From: Cyanidioschyzon merolae
Lineage: Eukaryota
Assembly (NCBI GenBank): GCA_000091205.1
Contig: AP006486.2
Length of the DNA: 64,000 nt
Strand: one strand, 5' to 3'
Shown here: positions 1 to 10,800 of the stretch, piece by piece
How the letters are laid out: every line of letters starts with the position of its first letter
Position numbering within the stretch: position 1 is the stretch's first letter
The notes under the pieces: generated by a model
What the model was told of the DNA's origin: nothing
Seen by the model: the letters and a program-made list of their open reading frames with translations, nothing else
Databases searched by the model: none
Made by a program: the position numbers and the translations under genes

Positions 1-1971
1 CTGCGAGGCGCCACAGACCAGGAAGATCGAGGACTTGAAATATGAGCGATTTGGGCATGCCCTATGGATCGAGAGGAAAAACGCAGATACTCGTGTGTAT
101 GCATTGGGTAAGGATCTCGGATACTTTACGAACCAGTGTCCGAGGGCGTCGTGTATCATCTCGATTCCGTTCACGCACCGAATGCCAGCACCACAAGACT
201 CGAAAGCGTCACGCTAACACAGACTACGACCGAGGATCCCGGAACCAGGTCTGAACCTGTGAGCACATCTCGGTGCACTCGCAATGTCCGTACAGTACGT
301 CTTGACCTGGGTTCTGAATAGAATCGCAAGGAACAAAAACACCCATCCGTCCAGTGTTCTGGTCTCATTTATGAAGAGTCTATCTCAGCCGATGAGCGCA
401 TTGTCACCCACAAGCAAGGCCCAGTGCCCGAATTCGCATTCGCTTGGCGTTATCCGATGAAGCGTCTGTCACGAGAGCAAAGCGGTGCGCACGCGCGGTG
501 ATCCATTCACTGAACAGCATTTCGAGTGAACGCTTTGCCAGGCGTTCACGAGTGATCAGTGAATACGTCGCAGGCGCAGCGCTGCATTCCGAACAGCGCC
601 AGTGAACGAGCTTCTCTGTGCACGATCCGAGCGCCTCGCAACAGAGGGGGCCGGCATCCCACCCAGCTCTCTACTGGAGAGCACCCAGACACCTGCTGGA
701 GAGCGTCGAATGTTCGTACGGCCCAGTCGCTAGTCGCTATCGTGCTTATGCTGCACGGCGATCAAGGTGCGCATCGCGACACTTGAAATATCGCGTTGCA
801 GAACATCGTCCCCGCTGTCCAGAAGCATACGGTTTATGAAAAAATCGAGCGTAAATTGGAGCAAGTGGCCTGCCTCAGGAGCCTCGGATTCGATGATGCA
901 CTGTGCGCGAGGGAGCGTCTCGAATGCTTGTTGTCATAAAGCGCCTGCATGGGCATTTCCGTGCCTGCGTACCGCACTCAATAGCATGCTGCTGGGCGTA
1001 CTTGTACAAGTACCATTCCACTTGACCTGTGATCACACAGAAGCCTACGCATAGTCGACGGAACAAGCACTGAGGCTTGAAGCAACCATGAGGTTTGCTG
1101 GGATGCCCCCAGGATCGCCCACGTTGCGAGGCGCGTGCCTGCAGCCCCAGTCGTGTGAGCATCCATGCCCTGCGTGCTTGCGTATCCATCTTTGGGTTGC
1201 CTGCTATCAACCGACGCGCCAAGATGCATTCCAGCGCCGTTGTCATGTCAGCGTTCGCCGTCCGCAACTGCGTAGTCGACGGGCCAACAAGCGCCTGCGG
1301 CAGGCTCTGCATCCGCGGATTCGCTGTACCAATCTCAGCGCTATGCAGCGGGAAGAGATTCGATCGCGCCGCGTAGAACGTGAACGTCTGCGCGGCAGCA
1401 TTCAAATCCATGGTATTGACCGTGGCAGCCTTCGGACATCCGCAGAGACGCTCATTACACACATGGACCAGCACGCACCCATCCACCCGCAACCGCACGC
1501 ATGCATCCGACGCCTCGAGCCGATACCCTCAGGGGCATGGCATCGACGAGGTTGTGCTTTCGTGCTGCGCGTGCAGCGGCGACTCACAAACGCTATCGTG
1601 GACACGCATAGGATACACCTGGCAAACGATAGAACGTGACAAATGATCAGCAGCTTCCAAGACCCATGCGCACAGAGGACTATGGCCATACGTTGAACAA
1701 TGGATGTTCGATCGCGCGCTCCGACGAAGCGCATCAGCGAGGATCCCCGGTCATTGGGGCAGGGAGCCGCAAAACATGAGCTGCATTCCAGATGTCCTTC
1801 TTATACAGATTGATCTACTATTGTTGCATAGCGGTCGATTGCTCGAATGCTCCCCGCACCCCTTCGCATGCTGCCTCTGCTACTCGTACGCAAGCGCGCT
1901 GCTTCTCCGACACGTGCGCTAGCCGAACTGGAGACGCCACAGTTCTCCGGGAAAGGAGCAAGCTCGCCACC

Positions 1972-2517
1972 ATGTCTGGCCTGCGGACTTTAGTCGCGCT
2001 TCTTAATCAGCGCGTACGGCCGTTTGTCTTACCGAATGCACACGTTAGTCCGTCGGCGTCCGTGATAGGAAACGTCGCTATTGCGGACCACGTTTTTATC
2101 AAACCAAACGCTGTGCTCCGAGGTGACAGTCTTGTTCCTGACGACTTGATTCGCCTCGGTGGGTATACGGTCATTGGTGAAAATACAGTTCTGAACGCTG
2201 CCGTACAGATAGGATCCTGGTGTCGAGTCGGAGCGGCGTGCTCCATCGGACGCGCCGCACGCATCGGCAACGTGGTCACGCTTGGGGACGGTACCATAGT
2301 GGGCGCTGGTGCGGAAATCCCGCACGAAGTATGCACCGAGCCACGTACAGTTATACCAGACGGAGCGCAACTCGAGCCAAACGCCCGATATGCCGGGAAT
2401 CCAGCAACGCGTGTCGGTGAGTGGTCCGGTTTTGATGTCGAGGAGAGCAAGAAACGAGCGCAAGCCGAGTGTGCACTTGGTGCGCAACATGCGTACGAGT
2501 TCCTGCCTTTGGAATGA
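1972..2517 (+). CDS. Gamma-carbonic-anhydrase-like / left-handed beta-helix (hexapeptide-repeat) protein
   Basis: The translation 'PNAHVSPSASVIGNVAIADHVFIKPNAVLRGDSL...IGENTVLNAAVQIGSWCRVG...IGNVVTLGDGTIVGAGAEI...IPDGAQLEPNARYAGNPA' matches the gamma-CA/CAL family signature (APSASVIGDV...VLRGD...IP.G....GNPAK) and has imperfect hexapeptide repeats. I place the start at the internal Met at 1972 (MSGLRTL), not at the ORF-table start 1792. The gamma-CA zinc His ligands are not obvious, so it may be the 'gamma-CA-like' (CAL) type. Confidence 0.65.
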   Translation: MSGLRTLVALLNQRVRPFVLPNAHVSPSASVIGNVAIADHVFIKPNAVLRGDSLVPDDLIRLGGYTVIGENTVLNAAVQIGSWCRVGAACSIGRAARIGNVVTLGDGTIVGAGAEIPHEVCTEPRTVIPDGAQLEPNARYAGNPATRVGEWSGFDVEESKKRAQAECALGAQHAYEFLPLE

Positions 2518-5500
2518 GCGACGGCAGGTTGGCTTGGCGTGCCCCGACGTGTCTCCTCGACAAGCATGCATGAAGGAGATGACGCACGACGTTCACGAAG
2601 GCATCGGTTTTTTTCTTGTTCCGAAGGGTTGCCCGTGCGGTGCTTGTGCCTGAACAGCTACTGCTACAGGAGCCGCGTTGATTTCATGGCATCTGAGCAT
2701 TGGTTCATAGCGTGCTGCAGATGAGCAGATCAGGTGGCATCCTCGGTGAACTCGACGAGACACGGCAAGGCGACTTGGAGACAGCGCCTCTGGATCTGGG
2801 TACTGCGCGCCCTCATGCTGCTTTGCGAGCAGTGTACGAAGACACTCGACTGTGATGTACTCATGAGTCGTAGCAGACCCGTATGCAGTGCTCGCTGTCC
2901 GGGTGGCTGCAACTTAGTTGGAGGCACAGCTCTCTGCCCGATACCGACGAAAAGCGCCCGTGCGACCTGGTTAGCACAGAGAGATCGGGGCACGGCTCTT
3001 GACGGGAAACCGGGCAACGAATCGAAAACCTTTGATGATTCCATAGCGGTTTGGTTTCACAGCGACATCGAACCGGGACGGGGCATGAGCGTTGCGCAAG
3101 GCGCCACGAACGCTGGTGTTACCCCCGGAGTGCTACGTAAAAGCCTCCCGACAGCTGCATTGGTTGATTCTCTGGAATGGCGAGCCAAGGCTCTCTATGA
3201 TCGTTTGTTAATTGCCCTGGGAAACCTTTCCCAGTGTATATATATGGATTGAAGAACTGTACCATGCCAGTGTCATGTTCGAGACGGGACTGCAATGCCC
3301 TGTGTCTTGGCCACTGATTACCGCATTGCAAGTCTGCAGCGTTTCAGCATAATGCCCGCACTGAGTACAACACCACTTCCGTCGACAGCGCACGCTGTAG
3401 AAATCGTATGGACGCTCCCGATGCACAGGATATTTCCGGATGTTGATCGAGGCGTCCCAATCTGGATGCAGGAACTGCTTACACGCGTATTTGCCGATAG
3501 ACTTATACTGTGGAACGTATCTCAACGTCGATAGCCTCGCTATTAGAGGTTCGATAAACTTGCCATACTCGATTTCACGCGTCCGGCGATGTTGCACGTT
3601 CGTCGTGTCTACGAGGTTAGCGTTGCACCCGTGCTCGTGTTCGGTTAAGATCGCCCTGAATCCATCAAAGCGAAACGTGCAGCATCGGTTCCCGGACTAT
3701 GGTATGCGCACGTCGAAGGAGCTGGAGCGCAGCCTTTACACGTTGCAGCACGTCCGCCACTGTACGCTACCATTACACCAAGGTATCGTATCAATCAAGT
3801 TGTATGCATCTCATTCAGAATTCGGTGAATGCACGCGCTTTGTCTCGGCATAACGGAAACCGTTAGCGAGCCCAGCGCACTCTCATGTAGGTATGCCAAT
3901 GAGCATTTGCGTACGCCACTGGGACCATCATGCATTCTTTCTACACGAAGCGTACAAAGCATCGCTCTTCGGGTGATGCGGTGCACTGAGGCTCGACCTG
4001 CGTTCTCATTCTGGTATTCCACTCGCTGAACTGCCTCTAGACGCCCATGATGTCCGACGCCATCGCATACCAAAGCCTGAAATATTCGAGCAGCCTCGTA
4101 TGCGTTCCGTACAGATCTTCGGTTCCATCGTCTTTTCTAGGAGGTACGGCGACGGACATGGCGACCTTCAGCCCGGGATGCACAGCCGACCCCGAGTCCT
4201 TCTCTTCATCAGCGTCAAATGCTTGAGAATGAGTCCCGTTGGTCAACTGAGGCAAACGATTCACACAGTGCATTCAGAATGATGCTGTGTCGGTCTGCAT
4301 CGTCCCAGTGAGTGCCGTACCAGTATGCCCCTGTAGACAATGAGACTTGAGCCAGCATCGCCAATGCTGTCTGCGAGCGAGTTCGTCTGCTTCATAGCGC
4401 TGCACGCGGACACTAGCAGTGCCTCATTGAGAAGGTCGTACTGCACGCTACACGAGAGAACGCCCAGATGCCCTGAGTTTTGACGTGACCTGTGCGGACC
4501 ACATCGACTAGAAACTGAAGTACACTCGCGTACGCCGAGGGACGCTATTTTGCGCTTGAGCGCTCTGTACAGGATAATCTGGTGGTGCACGATACAACGA
4601 GGGTGTGCATCGAGCTCAGACCATGATTCGGATGGTACGTCCGTCGGTCCGAAACCCACAGCCGCACGATGAGCTCGGATGATCCGAAGCGACACTCGCT
4701 CTCATGGCGACAGCGCTTCCTAACTCGCTTCCATCTCGAGCGCTCTTCGCCGCCACGAACTCGGCATTTGAATCCATCGAGACCTACCCAGAATACCGTC
4801 CATAAATCCCCACGTTTCCGGCTCAACGGGATGAGGCCTCAACGCCCACACGGTGCACGTCATGAAGCGCTCGCGACGGACCCGCATATGGTACTTGAGT
4901 TTGGTTTGATAGGTTTTCGCACCTACCCTGGAGACGTTGTCTTCGATGGCCGACGTGGCGCTGCCAGGCGAGATGATCTCCTGGAACGGGGGTGTGCGAA
5001 TCTCGGATCCCACGTAGAGGCCGTCATCCATCTTCTTTCCCGAGCACCAGATGCGTTTTCATGCGACGGTTGAATGTAGAGAATTCATGGGGGATGTGCA
5101 TCGCTAAGTGCACTGCGTCCGGAACGCCTGTCGAGGACTTGCTTGCCGGGTTGCATCAAGTTGAGCGAAGCAAGCAAGTCGTCCCTCGAGCGATAAGCTG
5201 CAGGGCATCCACGACGACGTGCAACTTACTATGTAGACGATCTTCACCCTTGATTTGTTTTGCTTCACGGCCTTTAGAGCGGTTATAGTCGGGCTCTGTC
5301 GCCGAGATGGTTTGTAATTCCTGTTCTTGCACGTCTTCTCTTGGGTAGGATCTTTCTTTTTCTTGTCCGACGCGGTATTTTGCGTCTCGATGACCCAGCG
5401 GGATAGCGTAGAGGTGGTCGCTATATGCGGTATCCGCCTCTTCATGCGGACTCAGGCGCACTGGATTGCTTTTGGCCCCGAAACCCGTATTTCCTATGTA

Positions 5501-7769
5501 TGCATCTACGATTCCCAAACAACTTTTTCTCACCCTTTTCCGAGGCGAGTTTACCGACGAACCGGAGCGGGCCTATCCGCTCACTCCTGCGTACGAGCAG
5601 AGACGCAACGCAGCATTTCCAGGCTAGTGAAGTTGAATTACGATTTGTCGTGGAAGGGTTCCACGATGCCGCACGACTCCCTTTCTAATCCACGAGTCTA
5701 AACGTGGCGTTTCACGTTGAGAAGACGCTTCCAACTGCATTAAACCAGGTAGCACGTGCACCCATGAAGAGCAGAACAACACCTACTGCGGCTACGTGTT
5801 CCTTTACCGCTTCACAGGTGCGGACAGCGACGTGGCCCCAGGGCAAGACTTGCGAATGTGGTACAGAGACGGGATCAGGAATGCCTCGACGGAGGATGCT
5901 GTTTTGAAAGATCATGCCCGTTAGACAAGTGGTAAGCAACCAAGCCAAAGCACCTCCGGTACGGCTTGTGATGTCGAAATGCTGGACTGTCTCTGCTTTA
6001 TAAACAGCGGTTTGCCCCTGTTGAAGCACCCATATGCAGGCGTGCCGAGTCGCCAGAATACATTCTCTCATCGAGCGGATCAAACACACCTCATTCCTGT
6101 CGTCATCGTCCGTCATTCAGATCGAACTCGATCCTGGGTTGCTCAGCGCTCGACGGCCTCTCATTCAAGTGCAAGTTTTCATTCGTCCAAAGGTGTCCGT
6201 TTATCGCCGGTCGTGTAAACTGCACGAACGTTTCACGTTTTCTGGCTGCTTCGGCAGCGTTTCTCAGATACAGTATGGAGCAAAATGAATGAAAGAAGAG
6301 AGGATGGTGCAGATAGCCTATGATTAGTTTTGCTAAGAGTGCACAACGTTCCGGATCAGGACAACGAGAACGTGGGTTTACGCACCTCCTGCACGAAGAA
6401 AGACTGACCTGTACCGGTGAACGCGCCATGCCAACATCGAGTCTTGCACCGACGCTGCTCCGCGATACAGGACGCATGTCCTACTTTGAATACGTTCGAG
6501 AAAGACAAACAGAACCAAAAAGGATGTGTTCGTACAGGTGTGTGAGAAATACCTGATCTGAGTATAAAGCTGCTCTCGTCGATCCTGAAAACGCCTAGTA
6601 CTGGCATAGCCAAACAGACCCAAGCGGCATCGAGACGCTGCTCGAACACTCATACCGGTACAGGCATCGCCGGGAAACCCGGTCACAGGTGGCAGAACGG
6701 AAAAATGCACTTGGACCCGGCTTCCGCAAAAGCAGGAGCAAAGCCATCCTGTCTTGCAAGATCGACCACGGTGATGCTGCAAATTCCAAAATTAATCTCA
6801 GCGTCGCGTAACTCGTTGGGTGCATCTAGTCAATATTCCATGAAGCAGATGTTCACTGAGGGTCCACGAACGCAGAGGCGTGCTCAGGCGGGCAAGGTTC
6901 TCTGCCCGTGTGCCTGGTGGCTATTGCGCTCCCGCAGTTTCTGATTAGACTCATCGATCTTACACTAGAACGAAAAAAGGAACGCGGGCACCAAGCGTGT
7001 ACCTCGAAGTGCCGTTCTACGGCGCCGTAGCGAACTGGCGTTGAATAATGGTGGTTCCGGTACATCGATCACGCTGCCGCTTGGCAAACAGTGAGTCTAG
7101 ACGGCAGTCAATCTCATGTGGCGTGTACAATCATGAGCTGATGATCACCAAATGATTTTCGGTTGCAAAATTCCAGCTCTTTGTTGGACACGCGCTGACT
7201 GTGAGTAAACACGGACGCTGTCTGTGGCTTTTGGGGCTCTCTCTCCTCTCTTCATAGAGAAGATCACTTGGCAAGATGACGCTGTACAAATGCAGTGCAT
7301 TCTGCGAGATGAAGCTGTTTCGAGCCGACTGCGATACCCAGTCGAGATCACTGTATACGGGGTGCTGAGCATAGGCCTTGATGTGGAGCTGTCGGCTGCC
7401 GCATCAATGCAGTTCCCCCGGGATGCAACCCGGTTCCAGCAACGGGCACCTGCAGTGCCGCTGCCGATCCGGTTTCGAACGAGCATCCGCAGACCCTGTT
7501 CTACGCCTCATTCAACGATCCGAGATAGCCACGGATGCAGCGCGCCCGTAGAGGCGTCTTCGACGATATTCCAGCGTTGGATATCGATTTCAGTCATCCC
7601 ATTCCTGATATCGCAATGCGACATACCCAGAAATGCAGCGGATTCAATGCAGCCTCGCCGGTGATTCCCCAGCTTTGGTTATCCATTCCCAGCGGGTGGA
7701 CTCGATGCAGTGCAGTTGGCAACAGGAGATCTCTGGTCGGTGACTTGGCGTCTGCGCCGACCCAGTGCG

Positions 7770-9065
7770 TCATAGATGATGCCCGAGTTTGCCCTCTGTT
7801 TCATGGTCCCATACATCGCTGCTTGAAGACTTGAGAACGGCGCCCTGAAATGCGGCCATGGCAGAAGGTGTTGGTGCCACAAATCGACCCGGCAACTGCA
7901 AACGATGCTGTAAGTACGCAGGCAGCTCGAGCTCAGCTGCGTGAAGCATCATTCGGGAAAAGCGCTCGTCCTCGTCGGGCAACGTCGGATAGGTCGCGTC
8001 CCCGACGATGCCGTGACCTACACACCAAAGATGAACCCGCAGCTGATGCCGCCGTCCCGTTACAGGACGCAACTCGAGCAGCGAAGCAGGCAAACCCTGA
8101 TAGCTTCCGATCCCCAGTACTGTGCCCAGCGTCAGTGCACTAAAGATCTTTTTCGTCGTGGCGGTTGGTGCTGGCTGTAGTTGTCGACATGGTCGCAGCT
8201 TTACGGCATCTGCATGGCGTCTGTCGCCGTCGCACTCGGGAACAGCGCAATACGAGTCGGTTACCCGGCTTTCCGCAAAGCCGCGAATGCCGGTGCTGCT
8301 CTTGCGTGAGACAGAGCCAGCACGGCAGGCACACCCGGGGTCTATTTTGATTTCGCCAGTATCCGAACTGTTCCTGGAATCCTCGGTACTTGCATGAGCC
8401 GTATGATCGTCGACCGTAGCCAGACGCACCCGAAAATCGTCCGCATACTCTACAAGTGGAGCATCTATCCAGAAGTGTGCGTTTGCATCACCAGGCACCA
8501 CATGTCCGTGAACAATTGCAAGATATCGTTTCCGAATCTCGCGTTTCCGAAAGGCGGCTGTGATCTGAGCCGTCGCTCTTCGCTGTAAACCAAGGAGCAG
8601 CACCCCAGATGTAGCATAGTCGAGTTGGTGGATCATGCGAATTTTCGGGGGCGGCAGCGGCGCGCGAAGGTGCCCGACCCGGTGCCAACCGGTCGGTTGG
8701 ACCCGCTCCGCGAGCGCTGAACCCCGTTCACTGATCTGTTTCTGAGCAAGCGACTCGACCGTGGACGTGAACGCTGCGCCACTCATTCGCATGTCGGCCG
8801 GTTTGTCGACCACAAGCAAGTGCTCCGACGCGTACACCACAGGCAGACGAGTGCAGGAGCTTGGCGCCCGCCCTCGAGCCGTGGAACCGTGCGGAAGCGG
8901 CTCATCGAGTGCAGAAGCGCGCGGTTGGAGCACCTCAGAAGTGCCACCGTGAAAGTACGGCATAGTGCCGGTCGCTCCGTGCAACCGCTGGTGCAGCGGT
9001 GCAACGACAACGAACCCCATGAGGTTTGGTTTCGCGTTCGCCGAGTAGGTGCCGGTGCTTTGCAC
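7770..9065 (-). CDS. RluA-family pseudouridine synthase
   Basis: The 431-aa ORF has the RluA catalytic motif 'HQLDYATSGVLLLG' (HRLDxxTSG with the catalytic Asp) and the conserved downstream motif 'GRRHQLRVH' (GRxHQIRVH). There are lineage-specific insertions between the motifs. Confidence 0.8.
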   Translation of the reverse strand: MQSTGTYSANAKPNLMGFVVVAPLHQRLHGATGTMPYFHGGTSEVLQPRASALDEPLPHGSTARGRAPSSCTRLPVVYASEHLLVVDKPADMRMSGAAFTSTVESLAQKQISERGSALAERVQPTGWHRVGHLRAPLPPPKIRMIHQLDYATSGVLLLGLQRRATAQITAAFRKREIRKRYLAIVHGHVVPGDANAHFWIDAPLVEYADDFRVRLATVDDHTAHASTEDSRNSSDTGEIKIDPGCACRAGSVSRKSSTGIRGFAESRVTDSYCAVPECDGDRRHADAVKLRPCRQLQPAPTATTKKIFSALTLGTVLGIGSYQGLPASLLELRPVTGRRHQLRVHLWCVGHGIVGDATYPTLPDEDERFSRMMLHAAELELPAYLQHRLQLPGRFVAPTPSAMAAFQGAVLKSSSSDVWDHETEGKLGHHL

Positions 9066-10660
9066 GAGAAAACGTTTGGGTAGTGCAAAAATGTTTATTT
9101 ATGTGCGTTTATGGAATCGAGCGACATAGGCGATAGTGTGATGCCTCGCCTCACGTTTTGCTCCATGACACGTTTGATGGTTCCAATCAGTTACCCGCGG
9201 AAGCATACCACGCGCTCATTAACCAGGATGGAGAGCTTCGTTCATCTATTGATAATATGCAATATGAACTAACAGTTGGCCACGCGGTCTGCGCGCTCCG
9301 TAGCCACCGGATCGGGGAAAGTCGTGCGATTTCTGGATGCGGTACGGAGGCTTCATAGGGATCGACTCTTTCGTGCGGGTGTTCGTGGATGTTCGCTTGT
9401 TTTGGTGTCGATGCACTTGCGAAACGCGAGTGACTTGCAGACCGGAGCTGCGGTATACTGTCCCGGACACACACACACACCTTACAATGGTGATCGGGGG
9501 CAGCACTTCTCTATCGGGAATCATGGCTTGATCAGGGCAACGGTCGAGGAGACGCAGCATTTCGTATGTCGGTGAGTGCGCCAAAAGCGCCTCGTTCTTT
9601 GCATCTGGGGTTCTGTACTGGACGATACGGTTATCATGGGAGAGTGCTCCTTGTTATCGCTCGCATCATACCCGAGGTGCTCATAGACATCCCGAGACCG
9701 TCTGTATCGTTTGCGTTGTTCCTGATGACGCAGCGAGAGACACATATCAGATGCGTCAGGATTTCAGTGGACGGTTTTTTTATCGCTCACGACTGGTTTC
9801 ATGGAGATGCATCACCGCAAATATCGATACACCAGAACGCGTTCCAATGCTGTAAGCGTGCGCGGTGGACGCAGTATTCGGCAGACCGCCGGATCCATCG
9901 AGTCACGAGTTCGAGCAAGGAACACTGCTTCGGGGCAGGTTGAACTCGAAAGCCTTCGTAAAAAGATGATACTGAAAAGCTTTTCCAAGCAGCATCCTCT
10001 GATCCAGAGGCATCTGTTGAGATCGATCCATGCCGTACGCTAAGAATCCCCACGAAAATGCGATTGTAGTGCGAACCAACACCCTTGCACGCTGATTCCC
10101 ACTCGCTCTTCTTTCCTCGACGAGGGACCCCTTTCCGACGCCATACAAGCGGCGCTGCCGCTTGTATGGTCATCTGCTACCGTTGCAATGTGTCCGCAGT
10201 TGGCAGGAGAGCATCATGCACATGCATCATGGACTTTCTGAACCTATTGCGGCCGAGCCTGTATACGCGCAGTAACATATTCTGCGCTCTGTCTATGGTT
10301 CTATCCGGGTTTAGAAAGCATTTCCAAGTAGAGTGCCTCGACTGAAGCACCTTTTTCTCAACTGAAAACTTGCTCGGGTAGATACTCGGTTCCTGCAGTA
10401 GAATAGATACTCAAGTTCAGGTCCCGAATATCTACCGGAAAGCGCGCTCAACAAGAACTAGGAGCGAACTTTTCCACCGTCAGACAGGACGGGATTTGCA
10501 ATCGAAATCATACATTATTCCGAATTACAGAGAATCCGGGTCCCGCCTCCTCAGCAACTTCAAAAACACACCCCGAATCCGCCCTCACCAGGCACGAAGC
10601 TACGCACCCGAGGCGGGCCTCCACCGTCGGGCTCCGCGGTACTGCCGGCGTTCGCTGGGC

Positions 10661-10691
10661 ATCGCGTGTGTTGCGCGGGAAATGGGATTTG
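10661..10691 (+). promoter_or_regulatory. Two direct copies of an E2F-like motif (TTGCGCGGGAAA, reverse complement TTTCCCGCGCAA) ~110–140 bp upstream of the MCM2 ATG
   Basis: 'ttgcgcgggaaatgggatttgcgcgggaaaac' is seen directly in the sequence. The reverse complement contains TTTCCCGC, the canonical E2F consensus TTTSSCGC. MCM genes are classical E2F targets in plants, algae and animals. Confidence 0.45.
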
Positions 10692-10800
10692 CGCGGGAAA
10701 ACGCATCGCCTCGCTTTGCCGCTGCGTGCTGCCTGCGCGATGCGTGCGCTACAGGCGTAACGTGCTTGTTTTCGTTTATCGCACAAGTGCAGTGTTCGTG

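Noticed and set aside
4720-5031. 103-aa minus-strand ORF (MDDGLYVGSEIRTPPFQEIISPGSATS...KTYQTKLKYHMRV...)
   Set aside because: It has a globular-looking composition, but I cannot match it to any family. Neighbouring frames also carry similar-length ORFs, and it may be an exon of an intron-containing gene or noise.
10666-10800. N-terminal 45 codons of the MCM2 ORF (MCCAGNGICAGKRIASLCRC...)
   Set aside because: The stretch is Cys/Arg-rich and non-acidic, unlike MCM2 N-termini, and it overlaps the E2F-like motifs. It is more likely 5' UTR and promoter, with translation starting at 10801.
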